Source: an uncultured Acidobacteriota bacterium
GTDB lineage: Bacteria > Acidobacteriota > Thermoanaerobaculia > Gp7-AA8
Assembly (NCBI GenBank): GCA_963734155.1
Contig: CAVTGG010000002.1
Span: forward strand, 86,615 to 150,614
DNA length: 64,000 nucleotides
Direction of reading: 5' to 3'
In this document: piece after piece, positions 11,214 to 20,621 of the stretch
Numbering within the stretch: position 1 is the first letter of the stretch
Layout of the letters: every line of letters begins with the position of its first letter
Notes under the pieces: model-generated
What the model saw: only the letters and a program-made list of their open reading frames with translations
The model's database searches: none
What the model was told of the DNA's origin: nothing
Program-made: the position numbers and the translations under genes

Positions 11214-12493
11214 TTCACTCCAACGGCATCTTTCATCGCACCGGCGGCGAACCAGACGCGCAGCTCGGCGAGATCACGGTTGAGGGTTTCTTCGGCCACG
11301 GCGCGGCGCGCCTCGGCGAGCGACGTTTCGGACGCGGCGACGTCGAGCGACGTGGCCTCTTGCGCGCGATAAAGCTCGAATGCCTGGTCATACTCGGCCT
11401 GCGCCGCCTGCAACTGCTCCTCGGCGAGCTGCAGACTCGTTCGCGTCGCGCGCAAGTCGGTGATCGCGGTGTGCACGTCTTCGCGCGCCGCCGCCTTCAC
11501 GGTCTCGACCTGCAGCTTCACCGCGTTGGCCTGATGCTTCGCCACCGCGATGCGGGCCTGCACTTCGCCCGACTGGAACAGCGGGACGTTGAAATGCAGC
11601 GTGCCGTATTTGTATTGATCGGCAGGGAACGAGCTGCGCTGATTGATCCAGCCGCCTTCGAACGTGACGACCGGCAGCCAGAACCCGCGCTGCTTCTGAA
11701 TTTCGAGGTTCGCGATGCGGAGGTTGTTCTCCGCGAATACGACGTCGGCGCGCGACTCCGTCGCCTTCGCGATCAGCTGCGCCTCGTCCGGCATCGGCGG
11801 CACGGTGTGCGCCGGCGCCTCGACGACGAGCGGTCCCTGCAGATCGAGATCTTCGCGCAGCTGCGCCGCGGCGTGCTCGCGATTCTGCATCGCCGCTTCC
11901 ATCTGCCGCTGCGCCGCTTTCATCGCCGTCTCCGCGCGCAGCACGTCGACCTTCGTCACTTCACCGGCGTCGTAAAACGCCTGGGCCTGTTTCTGCCGGC
12001 GATCCGCCAGCTCGACGTTGCGCTTTTCGATGTCGATGCGGCGATCGGCATTGACGACCGCGAGATAGCTCGAGGCGACGCGCAAAAGCGTCGCATCCTC
12101 GGTGAGGCGCGTGTTCTCGCGTGCGTTGGCGATGTTGATCTTCGCCTGCGAGTACGCACGCTGCTCGCGCAGTCCCGCGAAGATCGGCTGCTGCAGGATG
12201 ACGCGATAGCCCCAGTTGTTCTGCGGCAGGATCGTGACTTCATCGCCGGTGCTGCCGAACGTGCGCTGGATCGAGTTGCGGGTGAGATCGCCGACGAGGT
12301 TGATGCGCGGCATGACCGCCGAGAACAGCTGCGATCGCTGGGCCTCGGCGACGGCGACGCTTTCGCGCGACTGCTCGACGCCGTTGTTCACTTCGAGCGC
12401 GCGGCGCAGCGCGCCGTCGAACGTCAGCGTCGTCTGTGCAAAAACGGGTGCCACGCAGAGCGCGGCGAGGAGAGAGAGTGTGATGCGTTTCAA
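11210..12493 (-). CDS. TolC-family outer-membrane efflux protein
   Basis: It has a signal peptide MKRITLSLLAALCVAPVFAQ and two internally repeated helical halves typical of OEP/TolC. It has 4-nt overlaps with both tetR and the MFP gene. Confidence 0.8.
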   Translation of the reverse strand: MKRITLSLLAALCVAPVFAQTTLTFDGALRRALEVNNGVEQSRESVAVAEAQRSQLFSAVMPRINLVGDLTRNSIQRTFGSTGDEVTILPQNNWGYRVILQQPIFAGLREQRAYSQAKINIANARENTRLTEDATLLRVASSYLAVVNADRRIDIEKRNVELADRRQKQAQAFYDAGEVTKVDVLRAETAMKAAQRQMEAAMQNREHAAAQLREDLDLQGPLVVEAPAHTVPPMPDEAQLIAKATESRADVVFAENNLRIANLEIQKQRGFWLPVVTFEGGWINQRSSFPADQYKYGTLHFNVPLFQSGEVQARIAVAKHQANAVKLQVETVKAAAREDVHTAITDLRATRTSLQLAEEQLQAAQAEYDQAFELYRAQEATSLDVAASETSLAEARRAVAEETLNRDLAELRVWFAAGAMKDAVGVN

Positions 12494-13101
12494 CGTTTGC
12501 GAACTCCATCGAGGATCAGCCGGGCCATGAGCTCGACGTCCTCTTCTTCCGGCGGCGGTGCTTCTTCATTCAGCCGCTCGAGAATCACGGCGGTACTTCC
12601 TTCGATGACGAACAGGGCCAGCCGATATTGTTCGACGTCGCGGATTTCTCCGCGCGCCATCGATTCTTTCAACACGTCGGCGAATTTCTGTACGCGCGCG
12701 CGGTACTGCGGATGGCAGGTGCGCTTGTGGCGGCGCTGCTGCTGCGGCGTGCCCTCGGGCATGCGCAGCGAGAGGTAGAGGCGGAAGAACTCGCGGTTCT
12801 CGCGGAAGAACGCCAGCCGCACGCGCAGCGCCTCGCGCAGCTTCTCTTCGAACGAAAGCGCTTTCTCCAGCGCGGCGTCGATGCGGTCCCCGAGCTGCGA
12901 GATCGCGGTCTCGAACGTCTTCTCGACCAGCTCGTCGCGGTCGCGGAAGTAAAGGTAGATCGTTCCCTTGGCGACGCCCGCCTCTTCGGCGATCTCCTGC
13001 ATCGTCGCCGCGGACATCCCCTTGCGGGCGATGACCCGCATCGTTGCTTCCTGGATCGACTGGATCCTGAATTCCTGAACGACTTCTTCCTTTGACTTCA
13101 T
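12490..13101 (-). CDS. TetR/AcrR family transcriptional regulator
   Basis: The N-terminal HTH reads IQEATMRVIARKGMSAATMQEIAEEAGVAKGTIYLYFRDRDELV. It is the first gene of the efflux operon. Confidence 0.85.
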   Translation of the reverse strand: MKSKEEVVQEFRIQSIQEATMRVIARKGMSAATMQEIAEEAGVAKGTIYLYFRDRDELVEKTFETAISQLGDRIDAALEKALSFEEKLREALRVRLAFFRENREFFRLYLSLRMPEGTPQQQRRHKRTCHPQYRARVQKFADVLKESMARGEIRDVEQYRLALFVIEGSTAVILERLNEEAPPPEEEDVELMARLILDGVRKR

Positions 13102-13178
13102 CGATCAGTCCACTGAACGCGCGGTCAGTCAATCAGAATTTCGGGTCAGATTCAAGTTACGGAATCGTTGCGATCGAT

Positions 13179-13198
13179 GGGCAGGCTGAAGCCTGCCC
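13179..13198. promoter_or_regulatory. Perfect 8-bp-stem palindrome gggcaggc-tgaa-gcctgccc in the divergent tetR/kinase intergenic region
   Basis: Seen directly in the sequence, 24 nt upstream of kinase ATG 13222. The function (operator, 5'-UTR hairpin or REP) is unknown. Confidence 0.3.
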
Positions 13199-13221
13199 TC
13201 CACTAGAATCACTGCGTTCGC

Positions 13222-16194
13222 ATGCTCCAACCCGGCTCGCGGCATGGCCGCTACGAGATCCGTTCGCTCCTCGGCGCGGGAGGGATGGGCGAGGTCTACC
13301 TCGCGCACGACGCGCAGTTGCAGCGGCCGGTGGCGCTGAAAGTGCTCGCCGGCGAGATGCGCGACAACGAGGATCTGCGCAAGCGTCTCGAGAACGAGGC
13401 GCGCGCGGCGTCGGCGCTGAATCACCCGAACATCCTCACCGTCTACGACGTCGGCCTTCTCGGCGAGGATCACTTCATCGCCACGGAGTACGTCGACGGC
13501 GTGACGCTGCGCCAGCGAATGCAGCGCGGCGAGATGACGCTCGCCGACGTGCTGCACATCGCGACGCAGATCGCGTCGGCGCTCGCGGCCGCGGAAGCGA
13601 TCGGGCTCGTGCACCGCGACATCAAGCCGGACAACATCATGCTGCGCGCCGACGGCTACCTGAAGCTGCTCGACTTCGGCCTCGCGCGCACGGCCAGCAA
13701 CAAGCGCCGCGACAACGAGCCGCTGCGCGGCACGGTCTTCTACATGTCGCCCGAACAACTGCGCGGCGTCGCGCTCGACACGCGCAGCGACATCTTCAGC
13801 ATGGGCGTGGTGCTGTACGAGCTGATCAGCGGCCGGCTGCCGTTCGAAGGACTGAACGCCGCCGACATCGCGGCGAACATCATCCGCACCGATCCGCCGC
13901 CGCTCACGCGCCGCGGCGGCGGCGCGGTTCCGCCACGTCTTGCCGCGATCGTGCAGCGGGCGATGGCGAAGGATCGCGAGCAGCGCTACGCGCATGCGCA
14001 GCACCTGCTCGACGACCTGCAGCAGCTGCGCGTCGATCTCGAGCGTGACGCGGCGCTGATCGTCGGCACCGAGGAATCGCAGACGACAACGACGGAGACG
14101 CTCAATCTCGAGGTGCTGCCGCCGACGAATCTGCCGCATCACCTGACGCCGCTCCTCGGACGCGACGCGGAGCGCGACGATGTTCTCAGCCTGCTGCGCC
14201 GCGACGAGGTGCGTCTGGTCACGCTCACCGGACCGGGCGGCACGGGCAAGACGCGGCTCAGCCTCGCCATCGCCGCGGAGCTGCTCCGCGAATACGACGA
14301 CGGCGTCTGGTGGGTGTCGCTCGGCGAGATCTCCGATCCGCGGCTCGTGCTCTCGGAGATCGCCGTGGCGCTGGAAGTGCACGAAGGGGGCGTGTCGCTG
14401 CTCGACGGCGTGAAGAACGCGCTGCGCGGCCGCTCGATGCTGCTCGTCCTCGACAACTTCGAGCAGGTGCTCGACGCTTCGCCGGTGGTCGCGCAGATCC
14501 TCAGCTCCGCGCCGCGCGTGAAAGCGCTGGCCACCAGCCGCTCGCCGCTGCACATCCGCGGCGAGCGCGAATACGCCGTGCCGCCGCTGCTCCTGCCGCC
14601 GCTCGATCTGCCGCTCGCGCCGGAAGCGCTGACGAATTACGCCGCGGTGGCGCTGTTCGTCGACCGCGCCACGGCGGTGAAGAGCGACTTCGCGCTGACG
14701 CCGGAGAACGCGCGCGCGATCGCGGAGATCTGCGTGCACCTCGACGGCCTGCCGCTCGCCATCGAGCTCGCCGCCGCGCGCATCAAATTGCTCTCGCCGC
14801 AGGCGATGCTCGCGCGCGTCGGCAGCCGCTTCAAACTCCTCGCGTCCGGACCGAGCGATCTTCCCGAGCGCCATCAGACGATGCGCGCCGCGATTTCGTG
14901 GGGCTACAACCTGCTCGAAGACGCGGACAAGCATCTCTTCGCGACGCTGTCCGTGTTCCGCGGAAGTTTCTCGCTCGAAGAAGCGGAGCGGCTCGTCGAA
15001 GAAGACGTGTTCGACGGCGTATCGTCGCTGCTCGACAAGGCGTTCCTGCGCCGCGACGCCGCCGCGCGCGACGACGAGCCGCGCTTCGTGATGCTGGAGA
15101 CGATCCGCGACTTCGGCCTCGAATGCCTCATGGCCACGGGGCGGCAGTCGGAGGTGCGCGTCGCGCACGCGCGGCTGATGGCGAGCATCGCCGAGGAAAA
15201 TGAGCTCGATCCCGATCGCCTCATTCCCGATGAGGACAACTTCCGCACCGCGCTCGAATGGGCCGTCTCCGCGGGCGACGGCGACCTGTCGCTGCGCCTC
15301 GGCGCGGCGCTGTGGTGGTTCTGGTACGTCCGCGGCGCGTACAGCGAAGGGCGGCGCTGGCTGAACCAACTGATCGACATCCCGGGCGGCGCCGAGGTGC
15401 CGATCCGCGCGAAAGCGATGTGCGGCGCGGGCGCGCTCGCGTTCCTGCAATGCGACTACGACCACGCCACCGAACTTCTCGACACGGCGATCGAGCTCGC
15501 GCGTGCGCACGGCGATCCGATGAGCCTCGCGCGCTCGCTCCAGTTCCGCGGCAGCATCGCCCGCGAGCGCGGCGAATACGATCACGCCATCGATCTGCAT
15601 CAGCTCTCGCGCACGTTGTGGGTCGAGCTCGAAGACCGCGCGAACGTCGGCCGCTCGCTCAATTACATCGGCTTCGCGTCGTGGCTGAAGCGCGACTTCG
15701 CGCGCACGTTCGAATTGTGCGAAGGAACGCTGCAGCTCTTCCGCGACCGCCGCGAGACGGAAGGCGTGGCGTGGTCGCTGCTGAATCTCGCCGCCGCGCT
15801 GCTCTACTCCGGCAAACTGGAGCTCGCCGAGCAGCGACTCGAAGAATGCCTTTCGTGGTCGCGCGCCGGCGGTTTCAAAGAAGGAATCGCCTGGTCGCTG
15901 AATCTCCTCGGCTGCGTCCTCCGCGCCCGCGGCGAAGCGATGGCCATCAGCCTGCTCAAAGACAGTTTGCGATTACACGGAGAGCTCGGCGACCGCTGGC
16001 GCAGCGCGAGCGTCCTCGAAGCCCTCGGCGGCGCCTGCCGCGAGCCACGCTTCTTCGGCGCCGCCGCCGCCCTGCGCGCGCAACTCCGCGCGCCCGTCCC
16101 GCCCGCCGAGCGCGCGCAGTACGAGCTCGACGTGGCGGACGTGGGGGTCGTGGAGTGTGCGGTGGATGAGGCGATCGCGCTGGCGTTGGACTAG
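13222..16194 (+). CDS. Ser/Thr protein kinase fused to an NB-ARC/AAA P-loop NTPase and a TPR array (PknK-like STAND protein)
   Basis: The kinase motifs are GAGGMGEVY, VALK, HRDIKPDNIML, DFGLA and MSPEQ. The P-loop is LTGPGGTGKTRLSLAIA with Walker B LLVLDNFEQV. The C-terminal ~350 aa are TPR-like helical repeats. Confidence 0.85.
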   Translation: MLQPGSRHGRYEIRSLLGAGGMGEVYLAHDAQLQRPVALKVLAGEMRDNEDLRKRLENEARAASALNHPNILTVYDVGLLGEDHFIATEYVDGVTLRQRMQRGEMTLADVLHIATQIASALAAAEAIGLVHRDIKPDNIMLRADGYLKLLDFGLARTASNKRRDNEPLRGTVFYMSPEQLRGVALDTRSDIFSMGVVLYELISGRLPFEGLNAADIAANIIRTDPPPLTRRGGGAVPPRLAAIVQRAMAKDREQRYAHAQHLLDDLQQLRVDLERDAALIVGTEESQTTTTETLNLEVLPPTNLPHHLTPLLGRDAERDDVLSLLRRDEVRLVTLTGPGGTGKTRLSLAIAAELLREYDDGVWWVSLGEISDPRLVLSEIAVALEVHEGGVSLLDGVKNALRGRSMLLVLDNFEQVLDASPVVAQILSSAPRVKALATSRSPLHIRGEREYAVPPLLLPPLDLPLAPEALTNYAAVALFVDRATAVKSDFALTPENARAIAEICVHLDGLPLAIELAAARIKLLSPQAMLARVGSRFKLLASGPSDLPERHQTMRAAISWGYNLLEDADKHLFATLSVFRGSFSLEEAERLVEEDVFDGVSSLLDKAFLRRDAAARDDEPRFVMLETIRDFGLECLMATGRQSEVRVAHARLMASIAEENELDPDRLIPDEDNFRTALEWAVSAGDGDLSLRLGAALWWFWYVRGAYSEGRRWLNQLIDIPGGAEVPIRAKAMCGAGALAFLQCDYDHATELLDTAIELARAHGDPMSLARSLQFRGSIARERGEYDHAIDLHQLSRTLWVELEDRANVGRSLNYIGFASWLKRDFARTFELCEGTLQLFRDRRETEGVAWSLLNLAAALLYSGKLELAEQRLEECLSWSRAGGFKEGIAWSLNLLGCVLRARGEAMAISLLKDSLRLHGELGDRWRSASVLEALGGACREPRFFGAAAALRAQLRAPVPPAERAQYELDVADVGVVECAVDEAIALALD

Positions 16195-16204
16195 TACAAC
16201 CGAT

Positions 16205-16232
16205 GGACTGCGGCGGCTTGCTGCCGCAGTCC
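16205..16232. repeat. REP-like GC-rich hairpin (10-bp perfect stem ggactgcggc/gccgcagtcc, 8-nt loop) just 3' of the kinase gene; possible terminator
   Basis: Seen directly. No U tract follows. It marks the left edge of the R-M island. Confidence 0.5.
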
Positions 16233-16385
16233 AAATTAATACAACAAGTCGACGAACCGGCATTTTCAGACGTCAGCGAAGGTGTGCCCCCGATGCTCCG
16301 GTTCGTTACACTGTGGGCCGCCACGCCGGCTTACGGTAGGACTCGGATCGCAGATGAAGCCAGACAGACGCGCGGAAGTTCTTTC

Positions 16386-19300
16386 ATGACTTCGTCCGAA
16401 ACCCATCTTGAAGAGCACCTGATCGAAAAGCTCCGCGAACTCAAGTACGAGTACCGCGACGACATCCGGGACCGTGCCGCCTTGGAGAGGAACTTCCGCG
16501 AAAGGTTCCAGGCGCTCAACCGCGTCACCCTTACCGACGGCGAGTTCCAGCGCCTGCTCGACGAGATCATCACCCCCGACGTCTTCACCGCCGCGAAGAC
16601 CGTCCGCGGCATCAACAGCTTCACCCGCGACGACGGCACGCCGCTGAACTACACGCTGGTCAACATCAAGGACTGGTGCAAGAACAGTTTCGAGGCCGTC
16701 AACCAGCTCCGCATCAACACCGACAACAGCCACCACCGGTACGACGTGATGCTGCTCATCAACGGCGTGCCCGCCGTGCAGATTGAGCTCAAGACGCTCG
16801 GCATCAACCCCCGCCGGGCCATGGAGCAGATCGTCGATTACAAGAACGACCCGGGGAACGGCTACACCCGAACGCTGCTCTGCTTCGTCCAGCTCTTTGT
16901 CGTCAGCAACCGTGACAGCACCTGGTACTTCGCCAACAACAACGCGCGGCACTTCAGCCTTCAACGCCGACGAGCAGTTCCTCCCCCTCTACCAGCACGC
17001 GGCCGAAGACAACACCAAGATCACCCACCTCGACAACTTCGCCGAGAAGTTTCTCGCCAAGTGCACGCTCGGGCAGATGATCAGCCGCTACATGGTCCTC
17101 ATCGCCAGTGAGCAGAAGCTGATGATGATGCGGCCGTACCAGATATACGCGGTCAAGCACATCGTTGACGTGCATCGAGCAGAACGACGGCAACGGCTAC
17201 GTCTGGCACACCACCGGTAGCGGAAAGACTCTCACCAGCTTCAAGGCCTCCACGCTCCTGAAGGACAACGCGACAATCGAAAAGTGCCTGTTTGTCGTCG
17301 ACCGTAAGGACCTCGACCGCCAGACCCGCGAGGAGTTCAATCGCTTCCAGGAAGGGTGCGTCGAGGAGAACACCAACACCGGCGCGTTGGTTCGCCGCCT
17401 CTTGTCGGACGACTACGCCGACAAGGTGATCGTTACGCACCATTCAAAAGCTCGGCCTCGCACTCGATGAGGGTAGCAAGCGCAACGTTCAGCGCAAGGC
17501 CGACGGCAAGAAAAGCTACGCCGAGCTGCTCGAACCTCTGCGCGACAAGCGGATGGTCTTCATCTTCGACGAGTGCCACCGCTCGCAGTTCGGCGAGAAC
17601 CACAAGGCCATCAAGGCATTCTTCCCGAAGGCACAGCTATTCGGCTTCACCGGTACGCCGATCTTTGAAGAGAACGCCACCGTCAGGCAGATCGAGGGTG
17701 ACATCGCCACGCTACGCACCACCACGGACCTCTTCCAGCGCCCGCTGCACGAGTACACGATCACCCACGCCATCGAGGACAGGAATGTCCTGCGCTTCCA
17801 CGTCGACTACTACAAGCTTCCCGACGGCACGCCCATCAAGCCTGGCGAGACGCTCGCAAAGCGCGCCGTCGTCGACGCGATCCTCGCGAAGCACGACGCC
17901 GCCACCGGCGACCGCAGATTCAACGCGATCCTCGCCACCGCGTCGATCAACGAGGCCATCGAGTACTACGAGCTGTTCAAGACGACTGCAGGCGGAACGG
18001 CAGGCTGCCGATCCCGAATTCGTCCCGCTCAACGTCGCCGCCGTCTTCTCGCCGCCCGGCGACGTCAGCGCCGACGTCCGCCAGATCCAGGAAGATCTGC
18101 CCCAGGAGCGGGACGACAACCAGCAGGACCCGGAGGAGAAGAAGAAGGCCCTCACGGCCATCATCGCCGACTACAACGGGCGGTTCGGCACCAACCACTC
18201 GCATCGGCGAGTTCGATCTCTACTACCAGGACGTGCAGAAGCGCATCAAGGACCAGCAGTTCCCCAATGCCGATCTGCCGAAGAAGGGCCGCGAGAAGAT
18301 TGACCTGACCATCGTCGTCGACATGCTGCTGACAGGCTTCGACTCCAAGTACCTCAACACGCTCTACGTCGACAAGAACCTCAAGCACCACGGCCTGATC
18401 CAGGCGTTCAGCCGCACGAACCGCGTGCTGAACGCCACCAAGCCTTACGGCCACATCCTCGACTTCCGCAACCAGCAGGCCGCCGTCGACGAGGCCATCG
18501 CGCTCTTCTCCGGCGCCAAGGGCGACCGCGCCCGCGAAATCTGGCTCGTGGACAAGGCCCCCAAGGTCATCGAGAAGCTCAAGGCCGCTGTCCAGAAGCC
18601 TCGACGACTTCATGAAGTCGCAGGGGCTGCGAAGCCAGGCCTGACGGCCGTCCTCAAGCTCAAGGGCGACGACGCCCGCGTCGCGTTCGTCAAGCAGTTC
18701 AAGGAAGTGCAGAGGCTCCAGACCCAGCTCGACCAGTACACCGACCTCACGGAGGAGGAGAAGCAGACCATCGAGCAGGTGCTGCCCGAGGAGCAGCTCA
18801 AGGGTTTCCGCGGGGCGTACCTCGAAACGGCACAGCGGCTGCGCGAGCAGCAGCGGAAGCCCGGGAGGGACGGCGAGAAAACGAGCCCGGAAGTCGACCA
18901 GCTCGATTTCGAGTTCGTCCTCTTCGCCTCCGGCCTTGATCGACTACGACTACATCATGAACCTGATCGCCCGCTTCACCGGGCAGGACCCGAAGAAGAA
19001 GCTGAAGATCAGCCGGGAGCAGCTCATCGGGCTGATCGAGTCGGACGCGAAGTTCATGGACGAGCGGGAGGCGATCACCGACTACGTCAAGACGCTGGAG
19101 GCCGGCCGTCCGATGGATGAGGCCGCAGTCCGCGCGGGCTACGGCGCGTTCAAGGCCGAGCGCTACGGTAAGGAGCTTGCCGGAGTCGCCGACAAGCACG
19201 GCGTACCCGTCGAGTCGCTACAGGTGTTCGTCGAGCTCATCCTCGCCCGGATGATTTTTGATGCCGAACAACTCACGATCCTGCTCGCCCCGCTCGACCT

Positions 19301-19415
19301 CGGCTGGCGCGCCCGCACACAGAAGGAACTGGCCCTCATGGAAGACCTCGTGCCCCTGCTCAAGAAGCGCGCCGACGGGCGGGAGATCTCGGGACTCAAC
19401 GCGTACGAGGGGTGA
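16386..19415 (+). pseudogene. hsdR: Type I restriction enzyme R subunit (HsdR), broken by at least six successive +1 frameshifts
   Basis: The pieces lie in frames 0,1,2,0,1,2,0 (ORFs 16203.., 16783.., 17165.., 17553.., 17356.., 18233.., 18936..). Joined, they give a colinear HsdR: an N-terminal nuclease domain, a DEAD-box helicase ([51 protein letters not shown]) and a C-terminal helical domain. Breaks are near 16959, 17170, 17439, 17986, 18201 and 18932, plus a possible in/out pair at 18598-18650. Confidence 0.85.
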
Positions 19416-19424
19416 GGCGAGCCG

Positions 19425-20621
19425 ATGAAGGACGAGAGTAAGCGAACATCGACGCCGAAGCTGCGGTTTCCGGAGTTTCGGGCGTGGCCCGGGTGGGAGA
19501 ACACAAGGTTAGGGCAAGTCGTCGATTTCCAGTCGGGAGGTACGCCCTCGAAGGATACGTCTGCGTTCTGGAACGGCTCGATTCCATGGGTCACAGCCAA
19601 GGACATGAAGCAGCTGTTCTTGCACGATACCGAGGATCACATCACGCCGGCCGCGGTCGATGACGGAGCGAAGCAGGTACCCACCGGTACGGTTCTGATC
19701 CTGACGCGCGGGATGACACTGCTCAAAGACTTGCCCACTTGCGTTCTGCGTCGCCCGATGAGCTTCAACCAAGACGTGAAGGCTCTCCTCCCGAAAGGAG
19801 ATCTCGATGGGCGTTTCTTGCCGTGGTTGCTGCTGGGAAACAAAGAGCGGCTGCTCCGCATGGTCGACGTGGCCGGCCACGGTACAGGCAAGCTGGACAC
19901 TGAGAAGTTGAGGGTGTTCGACGTGACGCTCCCGCGGCCCATCGAGCAGCAAAAGATCGCCGACTGCCTGACGTCGCTCGACGAGTTGATCGCCGCCCAC
20001 GGCAGGAAGCTGGAGGCGTTGCGGGCCCACAAGAAAGGGCTGATGCAGCAGCTCTTCCCCCGCGAAGGCGAAACCCTCCCCCGCCTGCGCTTCCCCCAGT
20101 TCCGCGGCCCTTGGAAAAACAGCACGTTAGGCACTGTGAGTGAAAGTATCTCGTCAGGGAAAGACAAGATCGACCCGGCGGGTCGGATCGATTTGTACGG
20201 TTCCACGGGAGTCATCGGAAAGACCTCAAGTGGGTCCTACAGCGGGACATTCCTTCTCGCGGCGAGAGTTGGCGCGAATGCTGGTTTGTTGACAAAAGCA
20301 ACTGGTAGCTTTGGCGTCACGGACAATACGCTTGTAATCATTCTGAAGGACCGAAGCTGCATCGACTTCATCTTTCACTACTTGGACAACCTTGACCTCA
20401 ACCAACTCATCTTCGGTTCCGGCCAACCATTGATCACGGGAGGACAGTTGAAGGGGTTGCCTGTCTACCTTCCGGAGGAGCCAGAACGAAACCGCGTCGC
20501 TGGGTGCCTCTCATCGCTCGATGCCCTTGTTGCCGCAGAGGTCGGCAATCTCGCCGCCCTCAAGACCCACAAGGACGGCCTCATGCAACAGCTTTTTCCC
20601 TCGGCCGAGGAGGGTTCTTGA
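19425..20621 (+). CDS. hsdS: Type I R-M specificity subunit (HsdS), two target-recognition domains, intact
   Basis: The two TRDs are each followed by the conserved helix (LDELIAAHGRKLEALRAHKKGLMQQLFP and LDALVAAEVGNLAALKTHKDGLMQQLFP). It starts 9 nt after the hsdR stop. Confidence 0.85.
   Translation: MKDESKRTSTPKLRFPEFRAWPGWENTRLGQVVDFQSGGTPSKDTSAFWNGSIPWVTAKDMKQLFLHDTEDHITPAAVDDGAKQVPTGTVLILTRGMTLLKDLPTCVLRRPMSFNQDVKALLPKGDLDGRFLPWLLLGNKERLLRMVDVAGHGTGKLDTEKLRVFDVTLPRPIEQQKIADCLTSLDELIAAHGRKLEALRAHKKGLMQQLFPREGETLPRLRFPQFRGPWKNSTLGTVSESISSGKDKIDPAGRIDLYGSTGVIGKTSSGSYSGTFLLAARVGANAGLLTKATGSFGVTDNTLVIILKDRSCIDFIFHYLDNLDLNQLIFGSGQPLITGGQLKGLPVYLPEEPERNRVAGCLSSLDALVAAEVGNLAALKTHKDGLMQQLFPSAEEGS

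Noticed and set aside
13129-15600. Very long ORFs antisense to, or out of frame with, real genes. Examples are 116..1129(-), 2634..4436(+), 13129..15600(-), 32734..35337(+), 45502..47316(+), 48229..50643(+), 48317..49882(-) and 43516..45387(-).
   Set aside because: Their translations are Arg/Asp/His/Ala-rich low-complexity sequence with no recognisable motifs. Each fully overlaps a gene with clear family signatures. These are the stop-poor shadow frames expected in ~70% G+C DNA.
16203-16385. An N-terminal extension of hsdR (MDCGGLLPQSKL...).
   Set aside because: It is the translation of the REP-like hairpin and the non-coding leader. The conserved HsdR N-terminus starts at ATG 16386 (MTSSETHLEEHLIEKL).
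16900-19000. Programmed +1 ribosomal frameshifting or transcriptional slippage as the explanation for the repeated +1 breaks.
   Set aside because: The junction contexts differ (agcc|ttcaac, gacg|tgcatc, acgc|accatt, acga|ctgcag, tcgc|atcggc, tccg|gccttg). There is no shared slippery motif and no homopolymer. Six programmed events in one gene has no precedent.
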